Assembly (NCBI GenBank): GCA_018398765.1
Contig: JAHBMJ010000183.1
Coordinates: 1 to 54,514, forward strand
Direction: 5' to 3'
DNA: 54,514 nucleotides
From: Chromera velia
Lineage: Eukaryota
Position 1 is the first letter of the stretch. Each line of letters starts with the position of its first letter. Of the stretch, positions 1 to 11,725 are shown piece after piece. A model generated the notes under the pieces. The model saw only the letters and a list, made by a program, of their open reading frames with translations, searched no databases and had not been told where the DNA came from. Both the position numbers and the translations under genes were made by a program.

Positions 1-141
<141 letters not shown>

Positions 142-1039
142 TTGTGAAAGAGAGAGGGGATGCGTGAATTTCGGTTTTTATGGTAGTAGGTAAGTGGTAG
201 TAAGTGAAGGTAACTGAAGGTCATTAAGATTCTCATATTCAAAATATTTATTTCATAAACAGTCATAACCAGTGACTACCGGCAGCTCGGATTGGAGTAT
301 ATTTGATCTATATGTTGGGTTTTATGTGACATTTGTAGGGTAGCCTGGGATGGAGGGGGGCCTGGCTGCCTCAGGGGTCACAGCCTGAGTCTGAGCCTCA
401 AACCCGGAGGCGCCTTCGCCATGGGGAAAGGGGTGGACCCAAAAAAATACCGAAAAAGACTGAGGCGCTACTTGCGGTCGCTAGCGGTCGCCGGCCTCCC
501 TTTCAGGCTCTTTCAGGGTGTTCTAGACCCCGGGCTGCCCCGAGCCCCCCTTAATTGCCTGCCTACCTGCATGGGCCGCCGGGTGGGCTTAGGAAAAGGT
601 TAAAAGAAGGCAACATTGCTTCCTTCACGGAGGAGCAGTCAACAGGTGATGAGTCAGGCACCTTCTCCTAGAGATGAGAAAGGCGGGACGGGAGACGGGA
701 AGCGATGAAAACAAAAAACAACATTTAATTGTCAATTTCTGGGAAATTGAAGGTCGTTTGAAGGTTGATTCAAACTAATCGTCTAAAATTGTTTTCACTG
801 CAGAGATGCACTCCTTCTATTTGCATGCTCGTTAACAGGCACAGGTGTGTTCGTCTCTAGGTTCGTCTTGGCTGTGCAGACTCCTTATGCAGAAGAATCT
901 CTGGCTGGATGAATTCTGGTTGACGTCAGTGAGTGACTGAGTGGAAAATTTGGCAGATAAGTGAACCAGACGCTCCCCAATGCGTGTGGCAGGCAACAAT
1001 GAAACCAAACGGCGGTTCCGTCCTTGAGAATCAGCCTCT

Positions 1040-1660
1040 CTACATAAAAGGCATATAAAAATTCAACACAATTTGAAATGAAAGAACTTTAAGCTTACAC
1101 TTCAAAGTAGTTTAGTGGTATTTAAATGAATTAAAGTTTTGTTTAAGTTTGTTATGTAAAGGGAGGTTAGAGGAGGGAGGGAAACAGCTAGGGAAGCAGG
1201 AAAAGAATAAAATGAATGGAAGTGGAATTCAAGTTTAAAACTTAGTTTTAAAACTGTATCATTTTTGTGTAGCCTAAAGAAAAATTCAATAATTATATCA
1301 TATAAAAGCTTGTATGAGGCTGTTTGTCTACTACACACACTACAATGTTTAGTTGTTTGCCTGTTTTGAGTGTGTAAACTTTTTACTATAGCTTTTTAAT
1401 TGGAGTTTATACTCTCAATCAAAATTCTAGGGGCTGCACGATAGGCTGCACTATAAAATTCAAAAAAAAAAAAACCTTTTAAGATTTTTTTTTGTTTTGA
1501 AACATATAAACAAACATAATCAAACACATGTTTCCTAGGCTAAAGCTTGCCGCTAAGCATATTTTTCTAAACTTATTGTATAGATTCCAAACTTTTTATA
1601 ATTTAGAAAAGTAAGTTAAAGTGAATTAAATTACACTAAAAATTATAATAATTTAGGTTG
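1040..1660. other. AT-rich, TpA-rich island, probably a decayed transposon relic
   Basis: Abrupt composition shift with many TAA/TTA/CTAG words and no credible ORF. It resembles the AT-rich parts of the hAT cluster at 47.3-49.7 kb. No termini were identified. Confidence 0.35.
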
Positions 1661-2624
1661 CCAGTGTCTCTCATTCCTCTCCTTCTTTAATTGTCCTCTC
1701 CTCTCCCTAAGTGAGCCCTGTGTATGTGCTCGTTCGGATCAAGCATGACCCTGCCGTCCATCACACTGGCTGAGCTCTACACGATCAATACCCTCTCCAT
1801 AGCACCCTCCTCCCTCGCACTCCCGCACATCCTTGTCCCCAGGAAAAGTAACTGTATGGGAAGCCACGCAGTCATGCAATTAAAAAGCCATACAAGGAGA
1901 CAGAAAGGCGACCACACATATGAGCGGCATGCAGGGCTAGACCAGGGGCTGGATTTATAGCAGAGAGTATCCAACGGTGACAAACTTCATGTCTAGTTAC
2001 CAATTTTGTGAAACGATCATTGGTAAACAACACAGGGGGGGGCCCGTGGGGGCATTAAGTAAAGATACAAAGAATGTACGGAGACCCAGGGGGGGCTGAG
2101 TCTTTTCTTACCTGATAAGAAACAGAGAGAGGAAAATGAGGAACCCAAATAGATGAAACATGGAACCCTTCGCTTAGGAGTGAGAAAGACACATGTGCTG
2201 CTGCCTGTGCAAGACCGCACATACAATTGGGTGCAATGAACTGCATGCTGTAATCTTTCAGCCAACTGTCGGTGGCGATTCGTCACTCTGCATCTCTCCA
2301 TCTGTGATCTGATCGGCGTCTCTATCCCTTTACTTCATTCTGCGTTCTTCCTCTCCAAACAAGAAGAGGAAAAGAAAAAAGCTAAGAAAGAGACCGACCT
2401 TCTAATCGGACCGCGTGTCTCCACTCACCTCGCGCTTTTCCATTTGGGCCGTCAACTCGTTCATCGGGTCTTTCAACTTCACCAGGCCCTGCACGTATTG
2501 ATCCATAGATATGACACATAAACATGAACACACAATTTTGGTTGCCTCCTTAATTGGGATCATACGGCCGATCGATTTCACCAACTCAAGGGGGGCCCTC
2601 CTCGTCCATGTGCCGACGTTGTGT

Positions 2625-3860
2625 CTATATTCTTTCCGCTCTCAAAGAAAATCTCTTCCCCCGTTCCTCCGAGGGCCAATAGCGTCGCAAACCTGATATC
2701 AGCCTAGCCTTCAAAAAAAGAAAAGACGGAAAAAGGAGAGCTGCGGAGGTACGTTTTTTTGAAAATACTTGATGACAGAAAGGAGTACCGTAGGCCTTGC
2801 ATCGCCTGACATTCAAATTTCTTTCCTGTAGTACGTGTTCCACCATGTGCGTCACTTTCTCGCGTGACATCTGCGCTGATCCAGTCACCTTCTCTGGACA
2901 TCGAGCGCGGCCTGTGTAGTCAGCGCTGTTGAATTCCCCACAAATCAGCACACAGTTCTCCGGTGTGTAGCCTTTCTGGTTATTCACCCGCTCGATCGAA
3001 ATTCGCCAATCCATATCCCGATGATGTCCGAAAGGGATGTTCGAGTACGCACACCGCAACCCCTGGCTCTCCAGCATTTCGCATATATCCGTCCACTTAA
3101 TTGTGTGAATTCCAGCTACCTCCCGGCCTCGCCACTGCCGACCGCGTGCGTTCAGTCGACTTGAAAACAGCAGGCGGGCAGTTTCTCCCCGCAAAGTTGG
3201 GGCGTCTCTCATCTCATTCTCTCGTACGGGACCCCTAATTCTAAGTTCTTCCCACCCTTCCTCGGCTTCTGGCAATACCAGCTCCGCCTGCTTGCCTGGA
3301 AGGGACCGGACCTTCTCATGAGACCACATGTTGACAGTTTTCAACTTCTTGGACCCACACACTCGGACATACCGGGCAATGTTCAACTCCCGACAGATCC
3401 ACTGTACGTTTCCCACCTTGTATCCTTGGCTGGGGTTCAAACGCTCGAGACTCCCCCCCCAGTGCGTATGCTTTGCCGCTTACATCTGTATGCCTGAGTA
3501 ATTACACCGCTCGTTCTGAGAATGCCACAAATATGGCAGGTAATCTTTATCAAGAGGACATTCAACCAATCCCCACCTCTGTAAGCCGTGTTTCCGATGG
3601 CGGGCCCTCACGTTACTGAATGTCTTTGTCATAAGCATCTTGAACGCTGACATGCTTTGAAGATCCCTCTTCATCCCTGGAAACAGTCAAGATTTTATGG
3701 CACTGAGCTGCCAGCAAAAAGTTATGTCGGCAAATTGTCTGCACAGGAAGGTGACGTTCAACTTACAACACAGCGTGATCGTTTCATCTGGATACGTCGA
3801 TATTCACGACCAGTTTGACCCAGCTGTTGCTTGTCCGATGTTGTGTTCAACCGCCGGCAT
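2625..3860 (-). pseudogene. Interrupted gene for a tandem HNH-like (His-Me finger type) nuclease-repeat protein
   Basis: ORFs 3480-3674 and 2625-3440 are in the same frame, separated by a single TAA. They give two clear repeats: RCNYSGIQM*...WGGSLERLNPSQGYKVGNVQWICRELN and RCAYSNIPF...WRISIERVNNQKGYTPENCVLICGEFN. A degenerate third copy lies upstream (NWS*ISTYPDETITLCCKLN) with further in-frame stops. No introns are apparent. Confidence 0.7.
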
Positions 3861-4810
3861 CCTCAAAAGCTCGGGGGTAGATGTTCTCGACGACCTTTCG
3901 AAAACTTGCGAATCAGTGGTTTCCGATCAATCCCTGAAGAAAATTTGCACTCAAGTCATACTCAAGTCTCTCGATCGTTTTGCGACGTCATGACATGCTG
4001 ACAATCACCCCTGCCATGCGGTCAATGGGGGGGTACCCCATTAAAGCCGACGACGATGAGGGCTTTTTGCCGATCAATCCCCCGGCCCTCCCGCGCGCGG
4101 GGAGGGGGGGGGAGTTCCACGACGATGACGGACGGAGCTTCAATGACCCCCCCCCCCATTCAGCCCCCTCTCCATTGACTCTCACTGCCGCCCTCAACTA
4201 CAACGTCCTCTTCTGGCAGGCAGTGCATGAGGATGAGAGCGGATGACCTGCAGCCACTGACCATACGACTGGCCACGGTCAACGAAAACCTGAGGAAAGC
4301 GAGAAGGCGATCGAGGTTTGTAGTCTAGTGAAAGAGACATGCCGTCTCCAGCCGTCTCCTGCAAAGTTCGTGAAGCAAGCCAGACAAACACTCCCAGAAC
4401 TTCATCTTACGATGTACTCTAGCATATCTTTGATAGGTGTCTATTCAAGAGTATCTGTAGGTGGCCGTATTGCGCATGTACACGGGGCCATTTTCGCCTA
4501 CCTCCGTGCCCCTTGCTTCTTCCTGTTTCGCTCTTCTGTCTTCTATCCATGAAAGATGGAGCTCGGGCTCGGGCTTGGAAAGAGGAGATCAGCAATGTGA
4601 CCACCCGGTATGTGAAGCATCAATTTGATAGAGCTTCGCCCAGCTCGCTGACACAATGAGTGGGTTTCCTTGTTCCCTTCCTTCCTTCCTTCCTTGCTTC
4701 CTTCGAAATCGTTCCCTTATTCCTTCTGTCCTTCCTTCTCTCTTTTTTCCTCTCTCTGTCCCCCACGCTCTTGGCCCTGTGTTGGTGTGTGTCTGTGTTC
4801 CTCTCGCTCC

Positions 4811-5620
4811 GCATGTGTATGTGTGTATGTATATGTGTATGTGTATCCCCCCCCCCGATGATGACAGTGGTGTGCCTGCCACTATCGGAGGGGGGCACAC
4901 AAACATGTAGGCACTCAGGGACGCACCACCGAAGGAATACAGGCCAGTGAGTCATTCAGTCAGCCAGCCAGCCAGTCAGTGAATCAGTCAGTCAGTCAGT
5001 CAATCAGTCAGTCAGACAACCAGTTAGTCAGTCAGTCAGTCAGTAAGTCAGACAACCAGTCAGTTAGTCAGTCAGTCAGCCAGCCAGTCAGTCAGTCAGT
5101 CAGTCAGTCAGTCAGTCAAACAACTAGTCAGTGAATCAGTCAGTCAGTCAGAAAGTCAGTCAGTCAGTCTGTATGCATGTATGTATGTATGTGCGTATGT
5201 GTATATGTATCCCCCCCCCGATGATGACAGTGGTGTGCCTGTCACTGTCAGAGGGGGCACACAAACATGTAGGCACCCAAGGAGGCACCAAGGCAGGCAC
5301 ACAGGCCAGCCAGTCAGTCAGTCAACCGCAGTCAGTCAACCAGTCAGTCAGTCAGAAAGTTAGTCTGCCAGGCAGTCAGCAAGTCAGTCAGTCAGTCAGT
5401 CAGTCAGTGATCTCTTCAGTCAGTCAGTCAGTCAATCAGAAAGTCAAAAAGTCAGGCAGTCAGGCAGTTAGCCAATCAACCAGTCAGTCAGCCAGCCAGA
5501 CAACCAGTCAGTCGGTCAGTCAGTCAGTCAGTCTGTCTGTGTCTATTTGTGCGTGCGTGCGTGCATGCATATGTGTGTGTGTATATGTGTGTGTATGTAT
5601 GTGTGTGTGTGCGTGCGTGC
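4811..5620. repeat. ~360-bp tandem duplication with (CAGT)n and (TG/TATG)n microsatellite arrays
   Basis: The block gtatcccccccccgatgatgacagtggtgtgcctg...ggcacacaaacatgtaggcac occurs at ~4843 and ~5206, each copy followed by a long CAGT array. Confidence 0.9.
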
Positions 5621-5632
5621 GTACTTTCTGTC

Positions 5633-6047
5633 CCCAGTCTCACTGTTCCACTTGTTCTGGTTCAAGAGGTATGCCTGCATGTCTACATATTTTCTTCCTT
5701 CTCTCTGCAGGTAAGTTGAGGGTCCATGGAGGTAGAAGCAGTACGGGTGTTTTGCAGGCAACGTCGCCTACCTGTTGCAAGTGGGGGGGTTCAAGAGGTA
5801 CAAGATGAACGTTTTTCTGCCTCCAGTCTCACTTATCCACTCATTCTGGTTCAAGAGGTATGCCTGCATGTCTGCATGTCTTCTTCCTTCTCTGTACAGG
5901 TGAGTTGAGGGTGCATGGAGGTACAAGCAGTTGGGATGTTTTGCAGGGAGAGATGTCGAATTGGAACAAGTGGGGGGGATCAAGAGGTACAGGATGGATA
6001 GCTTTCTCCCCTTTTGTCTCATTGTCCCACTCGTTCTGGTTCAAGAG
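5633..6047 (+). repeat. ~190-bp tandem repeat (2 copies plus a partial third), each with an intron-like gtatgcctgcatg...(tgc/tac)ag segment
   Basis: The motif gtctca..ccact..ttctggttcaagag recurs at ~5637, ~5826 and ~6016. Confidence 0.8.
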
Positions 6048-6334
6048 TTATAGGAGCCCACGAAGCTCGCCGCGAGGGCGCGTAGTCCGCCGTCTCCCTC
6101 AACTTGCAGTCTCCCCGATGACCGTACAGTCTTTTTTTTTTTGAAAGCTTCCACCGTGTGCTGACAGATGCTGATAGTGTGCTTCGATTTTCTTCTCGGC
6201 TAGAGGCTGTAGACATACACAGAGTCTCACAGAGGATCAGTCACCCCTTTGAGGCATATTGTTATCTGTGTTGATACTGTTGCCGTTGACTTACATTTTC
6301 TTCCCTCACTCGTGTTATTAATACTGTTCCCCCC

Positions 6335-7478
6335 ATGACCCCGACTGCGTGTTTCTTTCTACTTCTTTCTGTGACCGCCGCGGCGGAGTTTGTTGGTGGT
6401 CTATCACGTCGGCTGCTAGGTGAAGCGGAGCTGCAGCAAGAAAACCATCAGCTTCAGGTGAGGTTGCGGAACAGTGAATTTCATATGTTATGAATGCATG
6501 TGCTCACAGTCGTCCTTTCGAAGGAATAGCTCGTTGTACACCTCATAATTCTTCCACGTCTTTCAGGCGCTTCACACATCCCTCCCCTCCTCATTGTCTC
6601 TGCAGGTGGATAACGACCTGGCCGAACGCCAGAAACGAGTGTGCGATGAGGTGAAGAAGGGGCCGAAATCGACGCGTCACATTCGCGTGCGCGCAATTCT
6701 GGAGGAGACGGAAGAGCCAATGAGTACCCACATGTGGTGTCAGGTGGGATGGTTCCAGAGGGCCACGCCACTTGACTACGCAGCTGCATTCAATGACATG
6801 GCCACTGCTGAAATGTTGCTTGAGCACGGTGCGCTCGTGAATACTGACAGTTTTCGAAACCGCCACCCCCTCTTCAACACGATGGCCGGAGACCCACCTG
6901 CACCCAGTCCAGCGTTCGAACTGGTTGAGCTGCTTCTGGACCACGGGAGTGATGTGAGTAAGACGGACAACTGTCCTCTTTCTGGTGGTCAGACAGCTTT
7001 GCACGCAGCTGCTATGATTGGTCGAAATGATATTGTGGAGTTGTTGTTGAGTGGGGGTGCGGATGTGAACCCTGGAACCAACTCGGGGGGCAGAACACCG
7101 CTTCTGTATGCTATTTATGAGAAGAGCACCGATGTCGCACGGACATTGATTGAAGCAGGAGCGGATGTCAACACAACTGATAGCGATGGCGATACGGCGC
7201 TGCACAACACAGCAATCTATGGTTTGCCTGAGGTCATCGGACTGCTGTTAGAAAACGGTCACCGTGTTGACATCCACCCGCTCAACAACAAAGGGCAGAC
7301 AGCCCTGGACATTGCAGCAGAGGAGTCAACCGATAGGCGCGACTCGCCCTGTACAGAATGTGTGACTCTTCTTGAAGGGGCTGTTGATGCTGCAGAGGCT
7401 GAAGGAGAAGGAGAGAAGGTGTTAAGTTCCAGTGACGACTTCGCGGAGGCGGTTATGATTGGTGAGGGTGGTGAATGA
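6335..7478 (+). CDS. Secreted-type ankyrin repeat protein (exons 6335-6457 and 6606-7478)
   Basis: Exon 1 encodes MTPTACFFLLLSVTAAAEFVGGLSRRLLGEAELQQENHQLQ (hydrophobic signal-like start). A phase-0 GT..AG intron at 6458-6605 joins it in frame to an ORF with ankyrin motifs TPLDYAA, GQTALHAAA, GRTPLLYA, GDTALHNTA and GQTALDIA. Confidence 0.9.
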
Positions 7479-8516
7479 ACAAGATGAGGTGGGTAAGGAG
7501 ATGAAAGTATAACAAGATAAAAGCAGTCTAGAGACTTTATCCCGGGGTAAGAAAGCAGCGGTTGATGTGTGCGAACAGAAGCGAAGAGTGGCAGCAAAGC
7601 GACGAGAAGACTGTATGCAACTCTTTGTTGTGACTATCTATCTGTGACTGTGCTTAGTGCAAATGAATGTGGGGAATGCTCCGATCGAGCATGTCATACC
7701 ATCGAAACCGATGTCGAGGAAGTCTGCATGACTCTGTTGTTTATCAATACTCTTGCGACCCCTTCTCTCTCTTCCCTTTCTTCTTTCTCTTCTGATGTAT
7801 TGCTTGTTCTCCAGACTGCATGTGTGTTGAGATGACGATTTTTGTGGACGAATGATGCATGGGAAAAGGGGAAAACCAAGTTGTGTGTGCAACTCTGTGG
7901 TTGATTTGGTTGTGCCTGTTTCTAATCTGACATCTTTTCATTTACAGCTTCGAATGACTTGAGTAGTACGTGCTCTCGTCTTGAATCGTCATTCCTTTTT
8001 TCGTATTGTTTTCGTGCCTTTTTTGTTCGAGCGTCCTCTATAAGACCCCTCTTCTCTTCAGCTCTTTCTAGGGTTCTTTCTGCCGCAAACTTGTTCCGTC
8101 CATGCTCCTGCTGCCTGGGTGCGAACACCGTGTGACCTTTCCGACTAGCTTTCCGAAAAGAAACCATGTCTACAACAATGTGCATTGCAAAGCTTGTATA
8201 ACAAGAGTATATAGGAATGATGTTCGTAAAATGAAGTTTAATGAACAAATGTTCAGCTTTTCTTAGCATAGCATAGCATAAAAAATAACAACTTTTCCCT
8301 GTCTAACGTTAGAAGTATCCAGCTAGCTCTGGGTATGGATAACACTGACGCATCATAGCATAGCATAGAATGTGAAGCTTCACTCACTCACAATCAAAAT
8401 ACAATGTATACTCTACATATAGAAGGTTATCACTGTAATTTTAAAAAATGATTGTACATGCATATATTCATGTTTTAATCTATAATAATGCATATCACCT
8501 TCATATAAGAGGCTAA

Positions 8517-9459
8517 TGTCCTGGACTGCCTGGCGGTGCCAGGACGACTCAGGTCAGATGGTGACACCAGCGTAGGCTCAGGCATTCTACACGCACCGAT
8601 GCGACGCGGGCCTTTCTGCAGGTATTTGAGTGCTGGGGTCTTGGTCTTTACGGACTGTGACTGCCTTGCAGATGAATTGGCTCTAGGATATGGATGTTGT
8701 CGTGTAGCTGCTGTCCTATAGCTTGAGTTTGTCCTGTCTCATGAATTCAGTCTGTTTGCATATCACATTTAATTCTTTGTCAAGTACGGGGATGAAAACG
8801 ACTGTTCTGGAGAGAGATTGGATTAGAAGGAATGAGATGTAGATTAGGTTGATCGAGGTATCTTGACGATCTTTACTTGAAACCTTTTGAACCTTCTGGA
8901 GTCAATCAGTTTAGGACAGAGTCTTTCTGCCGCCATCTAGCTTAGCCTCTTAAATGTCATGACTAGCTCGTGACATGATATGGTGACGCCAGGGGGCATG
9001 TGTCTTGGACTGCCTGGCAGCGCCAGGATGGCTCGGGTTGGATGGTAACACCAGCACGGGCTCAGGCATTCTACACGTACTGATGTGACGCGGGCCTTTC
9101 TGCAGGTGTTTGAGTGCCGGGGTCTTGGTCTTTATGTACTGTGACTGTCTTGCAGATGAGTTGGCTCTAGGACATGGATGTTGTTTTGTAGCTGCTGTCT
9201 TGTAGCTTAAGTTTGTCCTGTCTCATGAATTCAGTCTGTTTGCATGTCACGTTTAATTCTCTGTCAAGTACGGGGATGAAAACGACTGTTCTGGAGAGAG
9301 ATTGGATTAGAAGGAATGAGATGCGGATTAGGTTGATCGAGGTATCTTGACGATCTTTACTTAAAACCTTCTGAACCTTCTGGAGTCAATCAGTTTGGGA
9401 CAGAGTCTTTCTGCTGCTATCTAGCTTAGCCTCTTGGATATCATGACTAGCTCGTGACA
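8517..9459 (+). mobile_element. Non-autonomous miniature LTR retroelement (TRIM-like, or an internal-deletion derivative): two 459-bp LTRs and a 25-bp interior
   Basis: Direct repeats at 8517-8975 and 9001-9459 each start TGTC and end GACA. CTAA flanks both sides (8513-8516 and 9460-9463), consistent with a 4-bp TSD. The interior tgatatggtgacgccagggggcatg has a PBS-like start and an AGGGGG PPT-like end. Confidence 0.88.
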
Positions 9460-9469
9460 CTAAGTTGTC

Positions 9470-10180
9470 ACTAACTAGTGGACTAATATAGGATCACCGA
9501 TTACGTTGATCACTGCCAGGATTAGAGCCAGAGCCCCCAATTATACCCCCAATTAAAGGTTGCCAAGTTAGGTTGGTTTATCGGCTTAAACCATAGTACT
9601 TGCAAGAACTGTCGATAGGCTCGACGATACTAGACTCGATAACATTCGATAGCCAGGTCAATATGAATCCTAGTATGAATCTAAATAGAGATAAACTAGG
9701 AGATAAATCAATGAGTTATAATTAATTAAGGTGGTTAAAACCGTTAATCGTCATAATAATCGATCAAATTAATATAAATTCCGAGTCTTCAATTTTACTT
9801 TTTCAAAAATTGTAAAAGTGATGTACGGCCTAGCGTGCGGCATACGTTGTACGCCATCGGCCGGGATTCGGCCCATGGTTAAGCGTTTAATGTTCGGTAA
9901 GTCAACACAGGTGGTACAGGTTAAATTGACCAATTTGAATTGATTTCTGCCAAAGAGGCTCAAAACTAATTCTATTTTTAATTACAGCGCTGCACTAGCT
10001 TACCGAAGTCACACGGTTTCTAGCACGGTTTTTATGATTTTCACCACTGGCAGAAGCTGGCCTAAAATATATTTTATAAATAAAGAACTTAAATGTCAAT
10101 AGTTTAAGTAAAAGTCGTGCAATATAACTACGTATATAAGTTTTCATTAATTCTGGATATGTATGGATCATGGAATGTAT
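9470..10180. other. AT-rich, TpA-rich non-coding island (probable repeat relic) next to the LTR element
   Basis: Composition shift with many TTAA/CTAG/TAA words and no credible ORF. Confidence 0.35.
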
Positions 10181-10213
10181 AGAGATCATTTGTGGAATAA
10201 ACTCGGATTTGAG

Positions 10214-11578
10214 TCATTGACTCTTTGAAGACTTCGTATTCGAGTTTTCTGGAGGTCCGTCTGGATAGCCCGCGGACATCTTGGGCCCGGGAAAACTCTC
10301 CTCACCTGAGACCTGAGTTTTTTCTTCGTCTTCGGGTAAGTATCCAGGATACCTGTCCCAGTTTCGGAAATCCTTCGGTTCTCCCACGTCCCAGCCTTCC
10401 CACAATTCAGACTTTGTTGTGTTATAGGCATCCAACACGACGTCTCCGTCTGGACCTCCTCTGATGTCCTTGATGTTGTTTTGCCATGGGGTTTTGGCCT
10501 TCCTTCTGGGATCAACGAGTGTTGGAAGAACAGGCTCGGAAAAGTAAAAGTCTTCACTTGTGCGATGCTCGGGGACTGCGTGGAGGTAATGATACTCTGG
10601 GTGGTACATGATCGTTTGCACGCTGTCTTGTGGGAACTTGCCGGAAGAAATCCTTTCTGAAGGCACCCACGTCCCACCGGCGTTGCAAAACGAATAGTAG
10701 ACCTCCCGTCCAGTTTCTCGCTTGCCGTCTGAGAGACGTTCAAAGACAACCCAACTTCCCCGGCCCCACCAACGCGAAGAACATTGGTTCTCTGACGGAC
10801 CCCACAACCCCCTCCAGCAATTGGTCGGGTCGCAACACCCGGGCCCCCATATTGCCCAGTGTTTGTACAATGGGATGGTCTCGTTGATGTTTTGGATGAA
10901 ATCAGGGTGTCGTCCCTCCGTTGCGAATTGAGTCTCTTTGTACATATCCTTCAGATCTTCGTCTGTGTTTGTGGAGTCCCCGACTTTCTTTTTCAAGGCA
11001 GCTGCCAGTCTTTCATACTTTTGCCAATTGTAGGTTGATTTCAGATCTCCCGGGTAGTTCCCCTCTCCCAACTCGTACATGGTCCACCATGGGGCGGCCA
11101 GGAGGCCCATAATTCTTCGAGCCTCTATTTTCCAAATCAACGCGGGCGCACGTTCTGCCCTCCCCAGCTGCATCCATCCATCACAAATCATGAAGCAGTC
11201 AGGACAGCAAAGAGAGGGAGCCACGCGGCTTTTTCTGTTTCGGTGCAAAGGAGAACAAAGACATGAACGAATCACCCCGAGGCTTAGAGGGAGGCTGGCG
11301 ATTGAGGAAGGGGGGGCGGGGGGGTAGAAATCAGGAACGAAACAAGAAGAAGGACTGAGGGGGGGTGGGGATCCAGAGCTTTTTTGAGTCTCTGGTCGAG
11401 AGTTATGGAGGGAGAAGGATCGATGGAGAACAATCTGAATAATTCGGGCTCTAGAAGGATGCATGCGGGCATAGAGCTTGGAAGAAGAGAATCATGTGGT
11501 CGAAGCCAACGTGCACATAATGAAGCAATGCGTGGAAATGAGAGGACAGGTACGTCCACATACAGAAAAAAAGACCAG

Positions 11579-11651
<73 letters not shown>

Positions 11652-11675
11652 CACACACGCACACACACACACAGA

Positions 11676-11725
<50 letters not shown>

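Noticed and set aside
6591..7205. 204-aa antisense ORF over the ankyrin gene
   Set aside because: Typical shadow ORF of ankyrin coding sequence with no independent support.
7922..8269. 115-aa minus-strand ORF beside the LTR element, considered as a transposase fragment
   Set aside because: No recognisable catalytic motif and a non-ATG-context, AT-rich start. It cannot be assigned.
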